DNA of 64,000 bases from Bacilli bacterium (GCA_022482735.1 JAKVOO010000001.1:55699-119698), one strand, 5' to 3'; shown: positions 20,708-31,129, numbered from the stretch's first letter. Translations and numbers: made by a program. Notes: generated by a model from the letters alone, not told the origin.

Positions 20708-21202
20708 ATGGCTAGGAAGTTACACAAAATGGAACCTATATTTATTAAAAAGTCCTCTTTTGCCGTCATCGGAAAAGAAGGCTCAACCATCGACGGCAAT
20801 GGATTTGTTGAGACACTATGGCAGTCGATGAATGTTGATTTTGACAAGATTTTTCGTTTAGTAAAAACTGATGAAAAAGGAAATACGGCTGGAATTTGGG
20901 GGCTAATGAGCAACTTTGATCGTTCGCTTAAACCGTGGACAGATTTTAAAGATGGGCTTTATTTAGCGGGTGCGGAAGTTGAATTAGATGTTGAGCCTCC
21001 AACCGGTTGGAAAAAATGGATTGTCCCCAGCGCAGAATATCTTGGCTTTAAGGTGGAAAATAATTATCAAGATACTTTTAAAAAGGGACTTGATTATCTA
21101 AAAGCCCATAATCTTTCATTGGTAATGGCGGTCTTTGACTTCCATAAAATGGATGAAAACGGACAACTATATATTATGTTTCCCGTTTCAATCGTCGCCT
21201 AA
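20708..21202 (+). CDS. GyrI-like / AraC effector-binding domain protein
   Basis: The size and general sequence character recall GyrI-like small-molecule binding proteins. This is a weak call. Confidence 0.4.
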   Translation: MARKLHKMEPIFIKKSSFAVIGKEGSTIDGNGFVETLWQSMNVDFDKIFRLVKTDEKGNTAGIWGLMSNFDRSLKPWTDFKDGLYLAGAEVELDVEPPTGWKKWIVPSAEYLGFKVENNYQDTFKKGLDYLKAHNLSLVMAVFDFHKMDENGQLYIMFPVSIVA

Positions 21203-22125
21203 ATAATTGCGTATTTTTCGTGATATTTCATTTTTAAATTCAAAAATTGCTCCAGTTCCATCAGTACATAGTATAGACGGGCTCGATTTTCGAATTCATC
21301 CCGTGAAATCGGTAGTTTTTCATTACGGAATCGGGCTAAAAGGTCATCTAATTCCTCCTTTAAAAAAGCCGCATAATTCTCCTCCCCAATATTGTTTTCA
21401 AATGATGATAGATAAGTGAGGATTATTTTCTTTTCTTTAATTAAGGCGACACTTTCGAGTGTGGAAGCGATTCTTTTTAAAATTGAAGTCTGTTCTTGAC
21501 GCATATTTAAATAGTCTTGACGGCGAATAGCATAGGGGAAAAGATGATTTTCAATATCCTGAATAAGACTCTTTTTAGCTTGTGATAAATAATTCTCGAT
21601 TTGTTGAAAATCAACTTTTTGGTTATGCGCAAGTTGCACTAAAAGATCGTTTAGTTTCTCATCGACCATGCTAATAGTAATCTGCACCTGTTTTTTGAGC
21701 GGGGGTGTGATCAGATTTAAGGCAAAAGCAATCGCAACTGATACTAAGACAATATAAAAAGCGTTATAAACCATTGCTGGATTTTGATTTATATAGAGTT
21801 GCGAAATAACAACCAGCGATGATGGTAGTCCTTTTTCAATATTTAAGGCAAAACTTAATGGAATGAAAATAACGACCAGCAAAGCCAGGGTAAAAACATT
21901 GATACTTAGCAAGGAGAAAATGGCAACGGCGAGCAAAAGACCAATCGTAGCATCCAAAAGGCGTTTTAAGGAATTAAGGAAGGTTGGCTTGCGACTGATC
22001 TCAAGATTTAAAACGACGAAGACACCAGCGGTATAATAATAATTAAGATGAAGTAAATCGGCAATAATCACTCCGAGTAAAAAGCCAATTATCATCTTAA
22101 TAAGCAAGAATAGTTTGATTTTCAT
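21199..22125 (-). CDS. aromatic acid exporter (ArAE/UPF0421)-like membrane protein
   Basis: N-terminal multi-TM region followed by a C-terminal coiled-coil cytoplasmic region, as in the YgaE-type family. Confidence 0.5.
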   Translation of the reverse strand: MKIKLFLLIKMIIGFLLGVIIADLLHLNYYYTAGVFVVLNLEISRKPTFLNSLKRLLDATIGLLLAVAIFSLLSINVFTLALLVVIFIPLSFALNIEKGLPSSLVVISQLYINQNPAMVYNAFYIVLVSVAIAFALNLITPPLKKQVQITISMVDEKLNDLLVQLAHNQKVDFQQIENYLSQAKKSLIQDIENHLFPYAIRRQDYLNMRQEQTSILKRIASTLESVALIKEKKIILTYLSSFENNIGEENYAAFLKEELDDLLARFRNEKLPISRDEFENRARLYYVLMELEQFLNLKMKYHEKYAII

Positions 22126-22249
22126 ACATCTCCTCCTAGACCAATTATATTTTTTTAATAAAAATTCACCAAGTGAAATGGTTTATAAGCATTTAGATTT
22201 TCAATTATATTCTTTTAGTTATAATAGTAATGGAAGCAGGGTAACACAT

Positions 22250-22480
22250 ATGCAAAGATATCGTTGTTTGGTTTGTGGTCAAATCCTTGATCGTCCAGAT
22301 TTTTGTATCTACTGTGGCGCCGGACGCGAGCAAATTGTTCCATTAGAAGAGAACACGAAAAGCAATAAGAAATTACGGTATAAGTGTCTTGTTTGTGGAG
22401 CGATTATTGATAATCCGGACCATTGCCCTGTTTGTGGCGCAACCAGCGACCGAATTGTTTTACTCGAGGAGGATAATTAA
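22250..22480 (+). CDS. double rubredoxin-like zinc-ribbon protein
   Basis: Two copies of the module YRCLVCG-x-I-x-D-x-PD-x-C-x2-CGA...IV. Confidence 0.6.
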   Translation: MQRYRCLVCGQILDRPDFCIYCGAGREQIVPLEENTKSNKKLRYKCLVCGAIIDNPDHCPVCGATSDRIVLLEEDN

Positions 22481-22485
22481 ACATT

Positions 22486-22611
22486 ATGGCTGAAGGAAAA
22501 AAGTATCGTTGTCTAGTCTGTGGAGCAATCATTGACAATCCCGACTATTGTCCATTCTGTGGAGCAACTAGCGAGAATATTGTTCCCTATGACGAAGAAG
22601 AAGATAAGTAA
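22486..22611 (+). CDS. single rubredoxin-like zinc-ribbon protein (41 aa)
   Basis: MAEGKKYRCLVCGAIIDNPDYCPFCGATSENIVPYDEEEDK is a third copy of the same module. It is below the ORF-track length cutoff. Confidence 0.55.
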   Translation: MAEGKKYRCLVCGAIIDNPDYCPFCGATSENIVPYDEEEDK

Positions 22612-22698
22612 CAATTAGGGGTTTCGTTATCGGAACCCTTTTTGTTTACGCAAAATAGTGATAGAATAACGCAAACAAGCAAAAAAGAGGTAAAAAAG

Positions 22699-23991
22699 AT
22701 GAAAATTCGCTTTATCAACGCCCGGCTACTTACGATGGACAAAAACGAAAATGTCACTTTTGGGGAACTGGAAGTAACTGATAATCATATTTCTTATGTT
22801 GGAGAAGAGCGCAAAAACGTTGCGATTAAATGTGATCGAGAAATTGATTGTCAAGGCAATGTATTAATGCCTGGTTTTAAGAATGCCCATACGCATAGTG
22901 CGATGACTTTTCTACGTTCCTTCGCTGACGATCTCCCTTTAGAAGATTGGCTTCATAAGGCAGTATTTCCTGCGGAAGCACACCTTAAAAAGGGCGATGA
23001 ATATCATCTATCTAAAGTGGCTATCGCCGAGTATCTTACAAGCGGAATAACCGCCGCATTCGATATGTATTATAATCCATTAGAAACGGCTAGAGCTGCC
23101 AGTGACAGCGGTTTTCGTATGGTGTGCCTTGGAACGGTGACTTCATTTCGTGAATCCGTCGATGATATGGTATCCGCCTATCGAGTCATTAATAGCAGCA
23201 AGAATGGTCTAGTAACTTATCGGCTAGGCTTTCACTCCATTTATACGACAACGCGCGAAATATTACAGGAGTTATCTAAGGCGGCTCATAGTTTAAAAAC
23301 GCCGATTTTTACTCATACTTCGGAGACGGAAGTCGAAGTTAAGAACTCTTTAGAGAAGAACAATTTGACGCCCCCGGCTTATATTGAAAGTCTAGGCTTA
23401 TATGATTATGGTGGTGGTGGTTTCCATTGTGTCCATATGCAAGACGAAGATTTTGAAATTTTTAAGCGTCATAAATTATATGTGGTCACCAATCCAAGCA
23501 GCAATACAAAATTAGCCAGTGGGATACCAGAAATTCAAAGAATGATAGATGAAAACATTCCCGTGGCGATTGGGACCGACGGACCAGCTTCGGGTAATTG
23601 CCTCGATTTTTTCCGGGAGATGTTTTTGGTAACAGGGCTTGGGAAATTGAGGACGAAAGATGCTTCAGCCGTAAAAGCCACCGAAGTCATCAAGATGGCA
23701 ACGGTCAATGGGGCTTTAGCCATGGGATTGGATGATGCTGATGTTCTCGCCGTTAATAAGAAAGCGGACATTATCATGATTGACCTTCAGCAACCCAATA
23801 TGCAACCGATTAACAATATTGTTGATAATATCGTTTATAGTGGCTCAAAACAAAATGTTAAGATGACAATGATCAATGGCAAAATACTATATGAAGACAA
23901 TAAATTTTTCCTTGATGAGAGCATCGAGCAAATCTATCAAAAAGCTCAAGAAATAACCGATCGCATAAAACGAGATATGAGGCATGATTAA
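22699..23991 (+). CDS. mtaD: amidohydrolase, 5-methylthioadenosine/S-adenosylhomocysteine deaminase-like
   Basis: The LMPGFKNAHTHSAMT metal-binding motif and overall length are typical of the MtaD/SsnA family. Confidence 0.7.
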   Translation: MKIRFINARLLTMDKNENVTFGELEVTDNHISYVGEERKNVAIKCDREIDCQGNVLMPGFKNAHTHSAMTFLRSFADDLPLEDWLHKAVFPAEAHLKKGDEYHLSKVAIAEYLTSGITAAFDMYYNPLETARAASDSGFRMVCLGTVTSFRESVDDMVSAYRVINSSKNGLVTYRLGFHSIYTTTREILQELSKAAHSLKTPIFTHTSETEVEVKNSLEKNNLTPPAYIESLGLYDYGGGGFHCVHMQDEDFEIFKRHKLYVVTNPSSNTKLASGIPEIQRMIDENIPVAIGTDGPASGNCLDFFREMFLVTGLGKLRTKDASAVKATEVIKMATVNGALAMGLDDADVLAVNKKADIIMIDLQQPNMQPINNIVDNIVYSGSKQNVKMTMINGKILYEDNKFFLDESIEQIYQKAQEITDRIKRDMRHD

Positions 23992-24502
23992 AGAGTATTT
24001 ATGGGAGAAAAGTAGCTTAGATTCAGCTGAGCTACAAAGTATTGAAAAAGAAGCACGCCATGAAAAACTAGAAGCTTTGTTGGCTTTAGCCAGTTTTTAT
24101 CATCGGGGAGCATATGGCTATCCGATGGATGAAAAAAAGGCGATGCGTTATATGGATGAGGCAATGGCGAAACACTATCCGCAAGCTTTTTATATGTATG
24201 CTGAATGGCTTTTGGAGACTCCCAGTTTAAATGATGGCATCTATTTTAAGGCCTTGAAATTTTTTGAACGTTCCGCCAATCTTGGCTATGGTCGAGCAAT
24301 GGCCAGAATCGGTCATTTTTTCCTTTATGGTCTAGGAGTAAAAGTTGATTATGTTCAAGCGGAAAAATGGCTTTTAGCGGCTAAATCTCATTTTGCAATT
24401 GACGATCTAAATGCGCTAGCAAAACACTATCGCGAACTAAAACGGGATAAAGATGCCGAAAATGTTCTTTTGGCGGCACAAGAATATCAAAACTTTCTTT
24501 AG
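23984..24502 (+). CDS. Sel1/TPR-like repeat protein
   Basis: Repeated A-x-YY/W...A-x-LG motifs (ASFYHRGAYG, SANLGYGRAMARIGHFFLYGLGV). Confidence 0.55.
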   Translation: MIKEYLWEKSSLDSAELQSIEKEARHEKLEALLALASFYHRGAYGYPMDEKKAMRYMDEAMAKHYPQAFYMYAEWLLETPSLNDGIYFKALKFFERSANLGYGRAMARIGHFFLYGLGVKVDYVQAEKWLLAAKSHFAIDDLNALAKHYRELKRDKDAENVLLAAQEYQNFL

Positions 24503-24563
24503 AAAAGGGGTTTGCTCTTTACATATTTAGCAAAATATTTAAAAATAATATCGTGGTAAAATT

Positions 24564-25508
24564 ATGGATATAAAATTTGACGAAAAGTTTTCAGTTCTCG
24601 AGAACAGCCGTTTAAAATCTTACGAAGATTATAAAAAGAAAATGAAGGTCGGGACAATTCTGATTGTTATCGGAGCACTTTTACTAATAATCGGTTTTTT
24701 TGCTTATGGTAATTCTGCCATTGCGCCCATACTAGTGTTTATTGGAATTCCATTAGTAGTGGTAGGTTCGATTTTCTCTGGATCAGCCGCCAAAATCAAT
24801 TCCGACTACTCTAAAAAAATTAAATTAACTTTGCTTGAAAAAATTATTACCGAAGTATATGGGAAAGCTAATTACCAGATGAATGCGCATATCGGAATTA
24901 ATCAAATGATGAAAACGGGCTTATATTCTCGCCCTGATCGTTATCGGGGAGAAGATTATATTAGCGGCACATTTGAGAATGTTAATTTTGAAACCAGCGA
25001 ATTAACCCTTGAACGGCGCGTGCAACATACGGACAGTAAGGGACATACCTATACCACATATGAGGTTTATTTTTCAGGGCAATATTTCGTATTCCGGTTT
25101 CCTCGCGTATTCAATCAAACCATCACTATCCGTGAAGGGTTGAAATTTTCCCTCTTCAATATGGATGGTCTTAAGAAAATTGAGACTGAAAGTATGGAGT
25201 TTAATAAAAAGTTCTATACGCGCGCTAACGATGAGCAATTTTTCTTTTATATCATGACACCTTTATTTATGGAGCGTTTGATGAAAATCGAAGCGGGAAA
25301 TAAAGGATCGATTGCAGTGTATTTACATGAGAATGAACTGCATATTGGTATTGACTCGCGTAAGAATAAGTTGGAGTTTTCAATTAAATCTCCCCTTACC
25401 AAGGAAGGTTTAGCGCCGATTATTAATGATGTTTCATTTATGGCCCGAACGATAGATGATTTGCGTTTATCGTCGAATAAATTTCAATTACCTGAAGGAG
25501 GTATTTAA
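24564..25508 (+). CDS. DUF3137-like membrane protein (LemA-associated)
   Basis: Two N-terminal TM helices. The gene lies immediately upstream of lemA, a commonly conserved pairing. Confidence 0.5.
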   Translation: MDIKFDEKFSVLENSRLKSYEDYKKKMKVGTILIVIGALLLIIGFFAYGNSAIAPILVFIGIPLVVVGSIFSGSAAKINSDYSKKIKLTLLEKIITEVYGKANYQMNAHIGINQMMKTGLYSRPDRYRGEDYISGTFENVNFETSELTLERRVQHTDSKGHTYTTYEVYFSGQYFVFRFPRVFNQTITIREGLKFSLFNMDGLKKIETESMEFNKKFYTRANDEQFFFYIMTPLFMERLMKIEAGNKGSIAVYLHENELHIGIDSRKNKLEFSIKSPLTKEGLAPIINDVSFMARTIDDLRLSSNKFQLPEGGI

Positions 25509-25510
25509 GA

Positions 25511-26083
25511 ATGGATGATGTATTAAAGATTATCTTAGCTATTGTTGGTGTTATTTTAGTTTTGCTTTTATTCTTTGCCGTGTGGTATATTTCCGTACTC
25601 AATGATTTGAGAAGAATGAAGGTAAAAATTGATGAGAGTGAATCATCAATTGACGTGGCTTTAACGAAGAGATTTGATTTATTGACCAAAATGGTTTCGG
25701 CGACAAAAGGCTATGCCAAGCATGAACAAGAGACGCTTGAGAAAGTCATTGCCATGCGTCAGCCAGGAAGCACTGCTTCAATTAAGGAAAAGAGTGAATT
25801 TGCTAATGAAATTACGCGTGGACTTAATTCCTTAAATGTCGTCGTTGAACAATATCCAGATTTAAAAGCAAATACGACTTTTTTGAAATTGCAAGATGCC
25901 AGCATGGAAGTTGAAGAGAATCTTCAAGCTGCACGGCGTTTTTACAATTCTAATGTGCGCATTTATAACCAAAAAGTAGTTGTGTTTCCTTCAAACTTCG
26001 TCGCTAAGCGTCGGGGATTTGCTGAGCGTGACTTCTTTGAAGCGGAAGAAGCCAAACGGGCGGATGTTAAATTCGATTTCTAA
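25511..26083 (+). CDS. lemA: LemA family protein
   Basis: N-terminal TM helix. Characteristic YNSNVRIYNQKVVVFPSNFVA and EQYPDLKAN blocks. Confidence 0.8.
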   Translation: MDDVLKIILAIVGVILVLLLFFAVWYISVLNDLRRMKVKIDESESSIDVALTKRFDLLTKMVSATKGYAKHEQETLEKVIAMRQPGSTASIKEKSEFANEITRGLNSLNVVVEQYPDLKANTTFLKLQDASMEVEENLQAARRFYNSNVRIYNQKVVVFPSNFVAKRRGFAERDFFEAEEAKRADVKFDF

Positions 26084-26183
26084 GTATTGATTATAACCGA
26101 CAAAAGTAAAGGCCCAATCGGGCCTTTTTCTTTTTATAATCCTTGCATATATTTTTGGTTGTGCTATTATATACAAGCGTAAT

Positions 26184-26260
26184 CGCGGGGTAGAGCAGTT
26201 TGGTAGCTCGTCGGGCCCATAACCCGGAGGTCGGAAGTTCAAATCTTCCCCCCGCAACCA
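26184..26260 (+). tRNA. initiator tRNA-fMet (CAT)
   Basis: C1-A72 mismatch, three G-C pairs in the anticodon stem (GGG/CCC), CAT anticodon and encoded CCA. Nearly identical to the canonical bacterial tRNA-fMet except for C instead of U at position 33. Confidence 0.9.
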
Positions 26261-26270
26261 ATAAAAAAAT

Positions 26271-26292
26271 AGCACCCTTCGGGGTGTTTTTT
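26271..26292 (+). terminator. rho-independent terminator
   Basis: Hairpin caccc-ttcg-gggtg followed by a T-run. Confidence 0.7.
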
Positions 26293-26491
26293 AATTAACT
26301 TGATAAAATTAGTATGATTATTTTATTATCTTGATATAACCCTAATAGTATTTATTTTGATACAAATAAATTAATTTCCATTTTATAAGATATGTCTTCA
26401 AAATTTTATTATAGCTGTTTTTTTTCTAATTCTTCACCTAGTTGTATTGAAGTCGTCCATGCAAATAGATATAATTCTAACTAGGAGGATT

Positions 26492-27055
26492 ATGAAAATG
26501 GATGATAAGTTATATGAAAAATTAAAAGGGTCTAAAACCGAAAAAAACTTGCATGAAGCTTTTGCTGGTGAGTCAATGGCCACGAACAAATACTTCTATT
26601 ATGCTGGCGTTGCCAAGAAGGCAGGTTATGAACAAATTGCCGATTTATTCTTAGAGACCAGTGGAAATGAGCGTGAACACGCGGAATTATGGTTTAAGTA
26701 TCTTCACGGTGGCACTAAAGGTGTTATGCCCGATGTCTTAGAAGATGCGGCTGCCGGTGAACATTACGAATGGACAGATATGTACGATCGGTTTGCCAAA
26801 GATGCAGAAGAAGAAGGGTTTTTAGAAATTGCTGCTAAGTTTAAAGGTGTAGCGGCGATTGAGAAAATTCATGAAGAACGTTATCGGAAGCTTGCTTCTA
26901 ACATTAAAGAAGGTATCGTCTTTGTGCGCGATGACGTTGTTGTTTGGAAATGCCGTGTCTGCGGCAATATCCATGTTGGCAAGTCCGCTCCAAAAATTTG
27001 CCCGGTCTGTGGTCACGAACAATCCTATCAAGAATTGCGCGCTACCAACTGGTAA
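26492..27055 (+). CDS. rbr: rubrerythrin
   Basis: Ferritin-like diiron motifs ([16 protein letters not shown]..., EEGF) plus a C-terminal rubredoxin CxxC...CxxC (CRVCG...CPVCG). The start is 26492 or 26498, after aggagg. Confidence 0.85.
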   Translation: MKMDDKLYEKLKGSKTEKNLHEAFAGESMATNKYFYYAGVAKKAGYEQIADLFLETSGNEREHAELWFKYLHGGTKGVMPDVLEDAAAGEHYEWTDMYDRFAKDAEEEGFLEIAAKFKGVAAIEKIHEERYRKLASNIKEGIVFVRDDVVVWKCRVCGNIHVGKSAPKICPVCGHEQSYQELRATNW

Positions 27056-27063
27056 TTAAAAGA

Positions 27064-27100
27064 TACACACCTTTGCTTATTGCAAGGGTGTGTTTTTTTA
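27064..27100 (+). terminator. rho-independent terminator after rbr
   Basis: Hairpin acacaccttt...aagggtgtgt followed by a T-run. Confidence 0.7.
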
Positions 27101-27231
27101 ATGGCAATAAATCTTAATTTGTTTGAATAATTCTGGAATTAAAAAAGATTTCATTCAAACAAGTTTTTCAATGAAAATTAGGCTTGATTTTTGCTGGCTA
27201 TTCATAGATAATATAAAAGCGCAATTGCACT

Positions 27232-27307
27232 GGACTAGTGGTGTAGCGGTTAACATGTCTCCCTGTCACGGAGAAGATCGAGGGTTCGATTCCCTTCTAG
27301 TCCGCCA
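27232..27307 (+). tRNA. tRNA-Asp (GTC)
   Basis: The cloverleaf folds by eye: acceptor GGACTAG/CTAGTCC, anticodon loop CTGTCAC, T-loop GTTCGATTC, CCA encoded. Confidence 0.9.
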
Positions 27308-27314
27308 TGATTGT

Positions 27315-27375
<61 letters not shown>

Positions 27376-27390
<15 letters not shown>

Positions 27391-27450
27391 TCTAAACCTA
27401 GGAACCATCGAAGAAATTCGGTGGTTTTCTTTTTTCCAAAAACATAAAAA
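27376..27450 (+). repeat. attL-like direct repeat (last 15 nt of tRNA-Phe plus about 60 nt including the tRNA terminator hairpin)
   Basis: Near-identical to 34560-34636. Weaker similarity continues to 27553 / 34736. Confidence 0.85.
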
Positions 27451-27493
27451 AGGCGATTTTGGGCTAAATCGCCAAATGTCCGTGTGTCGGTTT

Positions 27494-27553
27494 TTATTTA
27501 ACTTTTTTCATAAACTTGTCATATCGCTTCCTTGATTCAATCAAATAAACATG
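27494..27553 (-). pseudogene. tyrosine integrase remnant (last 19 codons only)
   Basis: The reverse strand reads HVYLIESRKRYDKFMKKVK*. The C-terminus of the intact integrase at 34677..35519 reads HIDLIETRRRYDKFIHKKK*. Confidence 0.75.
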
Positions 27554-27644
27554 AATAATTATCTTTGCCGCATAAACTGAAGGATGATTAGATATCTATA
27601 TAGTTATCAAACAAAGAATCATACATCACTGCCCATATTTTGTT

Positions 27645-27826
27645 GTTCTTAATATTTGCTTGGTGATATACTTAAAATAATACTAAGGCACACTCAAATA
27701 ATTTAGTGCTTTGAAACATAACGGGGGTTATGAGCAATGAAAAAATCAAAAGCTAAAACGATTGGACCGAAATCAGTTTTAGTTGCGACTAAAGGAGAAG
27801 TCGTTTTAACTTCCTTTGGCCAAAAG
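27645..27826 (+). repeat. duplicate of the cas13d promoter / 5' UTR / first ~30 codons
   Basis: Aligns with 31229-31419, from atattttgttgttcttaatatttgcttgg... through ...acttcctttggc. The encoded peptide is MKKSKAKTIGPKSVLVATKGEVVLTSFGQK, versus MKKSKAKAVGLKSVLVTTKGEVLVTSFGKK in cas13d. Confidence 0.9.
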
Positions 27827-28459
27827 AGTATTAAGTCAGTGGCCCTGGCCTTGGAGACCGCATCAGAAATCATCTTGGCTGCGCTATCTATGGTTTTGAT
27901 TGTTGCTTTTGCTTTCAAGCCGATGCTTTCTTCGAAAAGAGTATTTTTTTCGACAACATCCAGCGGCTCGCCGTCCTTGGCAGTATCGGAAGCTATTGAA
28001 TATTCCTCTTCTGGTGAAAACGCTGCCTCTACGGTGGACGTGATGGTTGCCAACTTATATTACGGAACCAATTACGACGGAACGGTCGGGAAACTGAACC
28101 CCGGATACGATTTTCGGGCAATTACAATCTCCCTAGAGGAGTTGAACGGAAACGAAATTCTTCTTTCGTATCCAGTCGCCATCAATGAATACGGGAAAAT
28201 GGAGAACGGCATCCTTCGCGAGAATGTCCACAAAGTCATTAGGGATGATTATTCCCTAATCTATTCCTTTGACCTAAATGAAATTTTCCAAAACGACTAC
28301 GATGGGGTTATTTCCTTCGCCGTGAAATACGAGGAATCACGCTCGGATGTCATTTATTCGTTTGGGAAACGATTCTATTTTGATTTTTCGAAGGTTGGGG
28401 ATGTTGCAAAACTATCTGATTTTAAATGGGATTATTTCAGCGATGGCTACGCTGACTGA
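27737..28459 (+). CDS. chimeric ORF: cas13d N-terminal 30 codons fused to unrelated sequence (240 aa)
   Basis: The start and RBS are inherited from the duplicated cas13d 5' end. The remainder has no Cas13d similarity. The middle part (about 27835-28050) has an equally open antisense frame, so it is uncertain whether this ORF codes for anything. Confidence 0.4.
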   Translation: MKKSKAKTIGPKSVLVATKGEVVLTSFGQKSIKSVALALETASEIILAALSMVLIVAFAFKPMLSSKRVFFSTTSSGSPSLAVSEAIEYSSSGENAASTVDVMVANLYYGTNYDGTVGKLNPGYDFRAITISLEELNGNEILLSYPVAINEYGKMENGILRENVHKVIRDDYSLIYSFDLNEIFQNDYDGVISFAVKYEESRSDVIYSFGKRFYFDFSKVGDVAKLSDFKWDYFSDGYAD

Positions 28460-28475
28460 TTAGGAGGATTCACCT

Positions 28476-30980
28476 ATGAATATGAGCCTTGCCATAATTC
28501 TTACCATTTAGGCAGTTAGCGCCCGTATTGCTGGCTCCGACTTACAGCCATCAATTATAGCCGATATGCAAGACAATTCGGTATTGCGAAGCGTCACATC
28601 ATCTCAGGTGTCAGTTGCTTTTTTAGACGATTCGGTATCCTCTGGTAGCACAATTTCCGCTACTTTAGCACCTGCTACCCCAAGTGTTTCTCTTTCAATT
28701 CTAAATGCATCTCCTAATCTTGCGGTTTCACTGATAAACAATAACGACGGAACTTATACCACATTGTTGAACACGCCAGGAATTGCGGGGGAGTACATCG
28801 TTTCGCTCTTTTAAGAAAATGCCCCATCCATAGATGGTAATCCCGACGAAATTAGTTCCATCTATATCTATTCCGACGGCAACAACGACTGTGCTTCTTG
28901 CGTGTCAATGGATGAAGCGCATGGAAAGTATTATATGAATTATGTGGCATCGGAGACCGATAAGGTTTTGCTTGGAAAAGAAGAACAGACTGATGGTTTC
29001 ACATCGACGAAGACTCGATATGCAGCTGAGCAGGACTATGCCAATGCCACTTACGATGGGGGCGATATTGAAACTCAATGGAGCGTTTCATCAGCAAATA
29101 ATTCTGGAAAAGTAAAGGTGACGGGGAATGCCACTTGGTACGACGAGAACGAAGTCTCTCATCCATTGGTCGGAGTTAAGGCAATTTTGTGGGACGATGA
29201 TATTTTTTGGAATGAATATTGCGGATCTACATATACGGACAGCGACGGCTATTTTTCATTTGAAATAAGCAACCAAATATTTTTTGAATTAGGAGGAAGA
29301 GACCTTTTTGTGGCTCTTTATTCGGAAACTGACGCCGTTTTGGTAGAAAGTTTTTGGTGGGGAGAATACATCATGATGACGCCGCTTTTCACGAATGTTT
29401 TTAGCAATTCGCAAATCGAATTTGACATTGCAATCCACCCAGGAGTAAGCGATCGCGCGAATGCTTTTGAAATCACTCAAGCGGAGAACATACCTCACAA
29501 ATACATAAAGGATATGGATAATACCGATCTTCCTATGGTTCCTATCTTTTATCCAGCATTTGATGGGGAAGGATGCTATTATAACAACGTCTTAGATTAT
29601 CTTGCTATCGGATGGAAATTCTATCGGGATTGGGATTGCTTAAATCACGAATATGGTCATTTTATCAATGATCAATTGGACTTGTGCGACGACAGTGTTG
29701 GTGGTGACCATTACGTAGGCGAGGATCTGGTCAGCAGCAAAGGAAAGACCAACGGATTGAAGATGGCCATGTCTGAGGGATTGGCGAGTTATTTGGGGAC
29801 TGCCGCACAGATGTACTGTGGAACGGATCTTGGAGTGCCTAGGGTAGGAGATGAAATATACCATGCAGTGAATGGTGTTAACGAAAATTATGGCTTATAT
29901 CGATATGGTCAAGGTTTTGGTGTTGGCGGAGAGGGAAACGAATTTAGCGTCACCAGTTTGCTAATCAAACTTTTAGACGGAGAAATTCGTGCTAATGATT
30001 CAGTCGCCCTTGGGCATTCTGCAATGTGGAGTGCAATCAAATCATCAAATCATTGGTGCATTTCATCCCTTATTTCGACGATTATCTCTGCGCACGAAGA
30101 ACAAAGGAGTGCAATAGGGTTGATTCTCGAAAATGAGGGATTTGCGCCTATTCCCAGTGGCTCAGGCAATACATCTTTAGTTACCAACTCGAACAACCCA
30201 TGCTGGACTTTCTCTTGGGACGTGAACGGGTTTGATTCGGTTGATCCGGATTTGTTTGATTTGGTTTTTGAGGGATTAGACAATAGCACATTCACATTAG
30301 GTGGACTTACTACCACGAGTGTTTCCCTGACAGCGACTCAGGCTAATTCAGTCCTTGATTTGCCGGGTGATCTGGTTAGATGGCACGTTGTTGGATACAA
30401 TAGCGGCAGCCCAACTACTGGAGAATATTCAAGTTCTGATTTGGTTTCTAATGGTCCCTCGTCTTCAACTTTGATTAAGGATGTGTCCAAAGCATCTAAT
30501 CTGTCGGAAGGGGAAATTGAATGGTTCAGATTTACGGCACCTTATGCGAGTACTTTCTATTTCGAGAGTAGTGGTGGCATTGATATGTATGGGGAAATTT
30601 TCCCCGACTTCGTGGCCGACGGCACGCTATCTGGCAGGCTCGCTTATAACGATGATGGGGGCGTGGGACTTAATTACAAAATAGCCATCTCTCTCACCTC
30701 AGGTCAAACTGTGTATCTGAGATCAAGGGCTTATAATGCTTCCGCATCGGACAGTTATTCTATATTGGTAACCTCCGACCATGTTCATGATTATTCCGAC
30801 CATTATGATCAATATAGCTCTACTCAGCACAAATCGTGCTGTAGTTGCGGTGCCTATGTACTCCAGCCTCATATCTCCAATGGAATTGTGACCTGGGTTG
30901 GTATGCACAAATACACCAACTGCGCCCTGTGCGGTCAGCTCATTGATCTCAATACGACTCCTATTATCGTCGGTCCATAA
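28476..30980 (+). pseudogene. secreted HExxH zinc-metalloprotease-like protein with a C-terminal pre-peptidase (PPC)-like domain, two in-frame stops
   Basis: SD aggagg (28463-28468) precedes ATG 28476. In-frame TAG at 28509-28511 and TAA at 28812-28814, with the frame otherwise open to 30980. HEYGH motif, and a PPC-like block EGEIEWFRFTAP...YGEIF...LAYNDDGG. Confidence 0.6.
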
Positions 30981-31109
30981 GTTTTTATCGGAACAAGTAA
31001 CAACGGTGAGACTCGTTTAATATTAAGTTTTTAAGTTTCTTGTTATATCATCTAGAGAGGATTTTCGACTTAAGCATCTATTCTCAAAGCACTTAGGATA
31101 ATTTGGATT

Positions 31110-31129
31110 AGGACCTAGGGTCCTTTTTT
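31110..31129 (+). terminator. rho-independent terminator separating island cargo from cas13d
   Basis: Hairpin aggacc-tag-ggtcct followed by tttttt. Confidence 0.65.

Noticed and set aside
25991-26275. 94-aa minus-strand ORF
   Set aside because: It runs antisense through the lemA 3' end and the tRNA-fMet gene, so it is spurious.
27703-28053. 116-aa minus-strand ORF antisense to the chimeric cas13d-fusion ORF
   Set aside because: Its 3' part is antisense to the duplicated cas13d 5' end and so cannot be an original gene. The 5' part might be a fragment of a truncated gene, but I cannot decide between the strands without homology data, so I did not call it.
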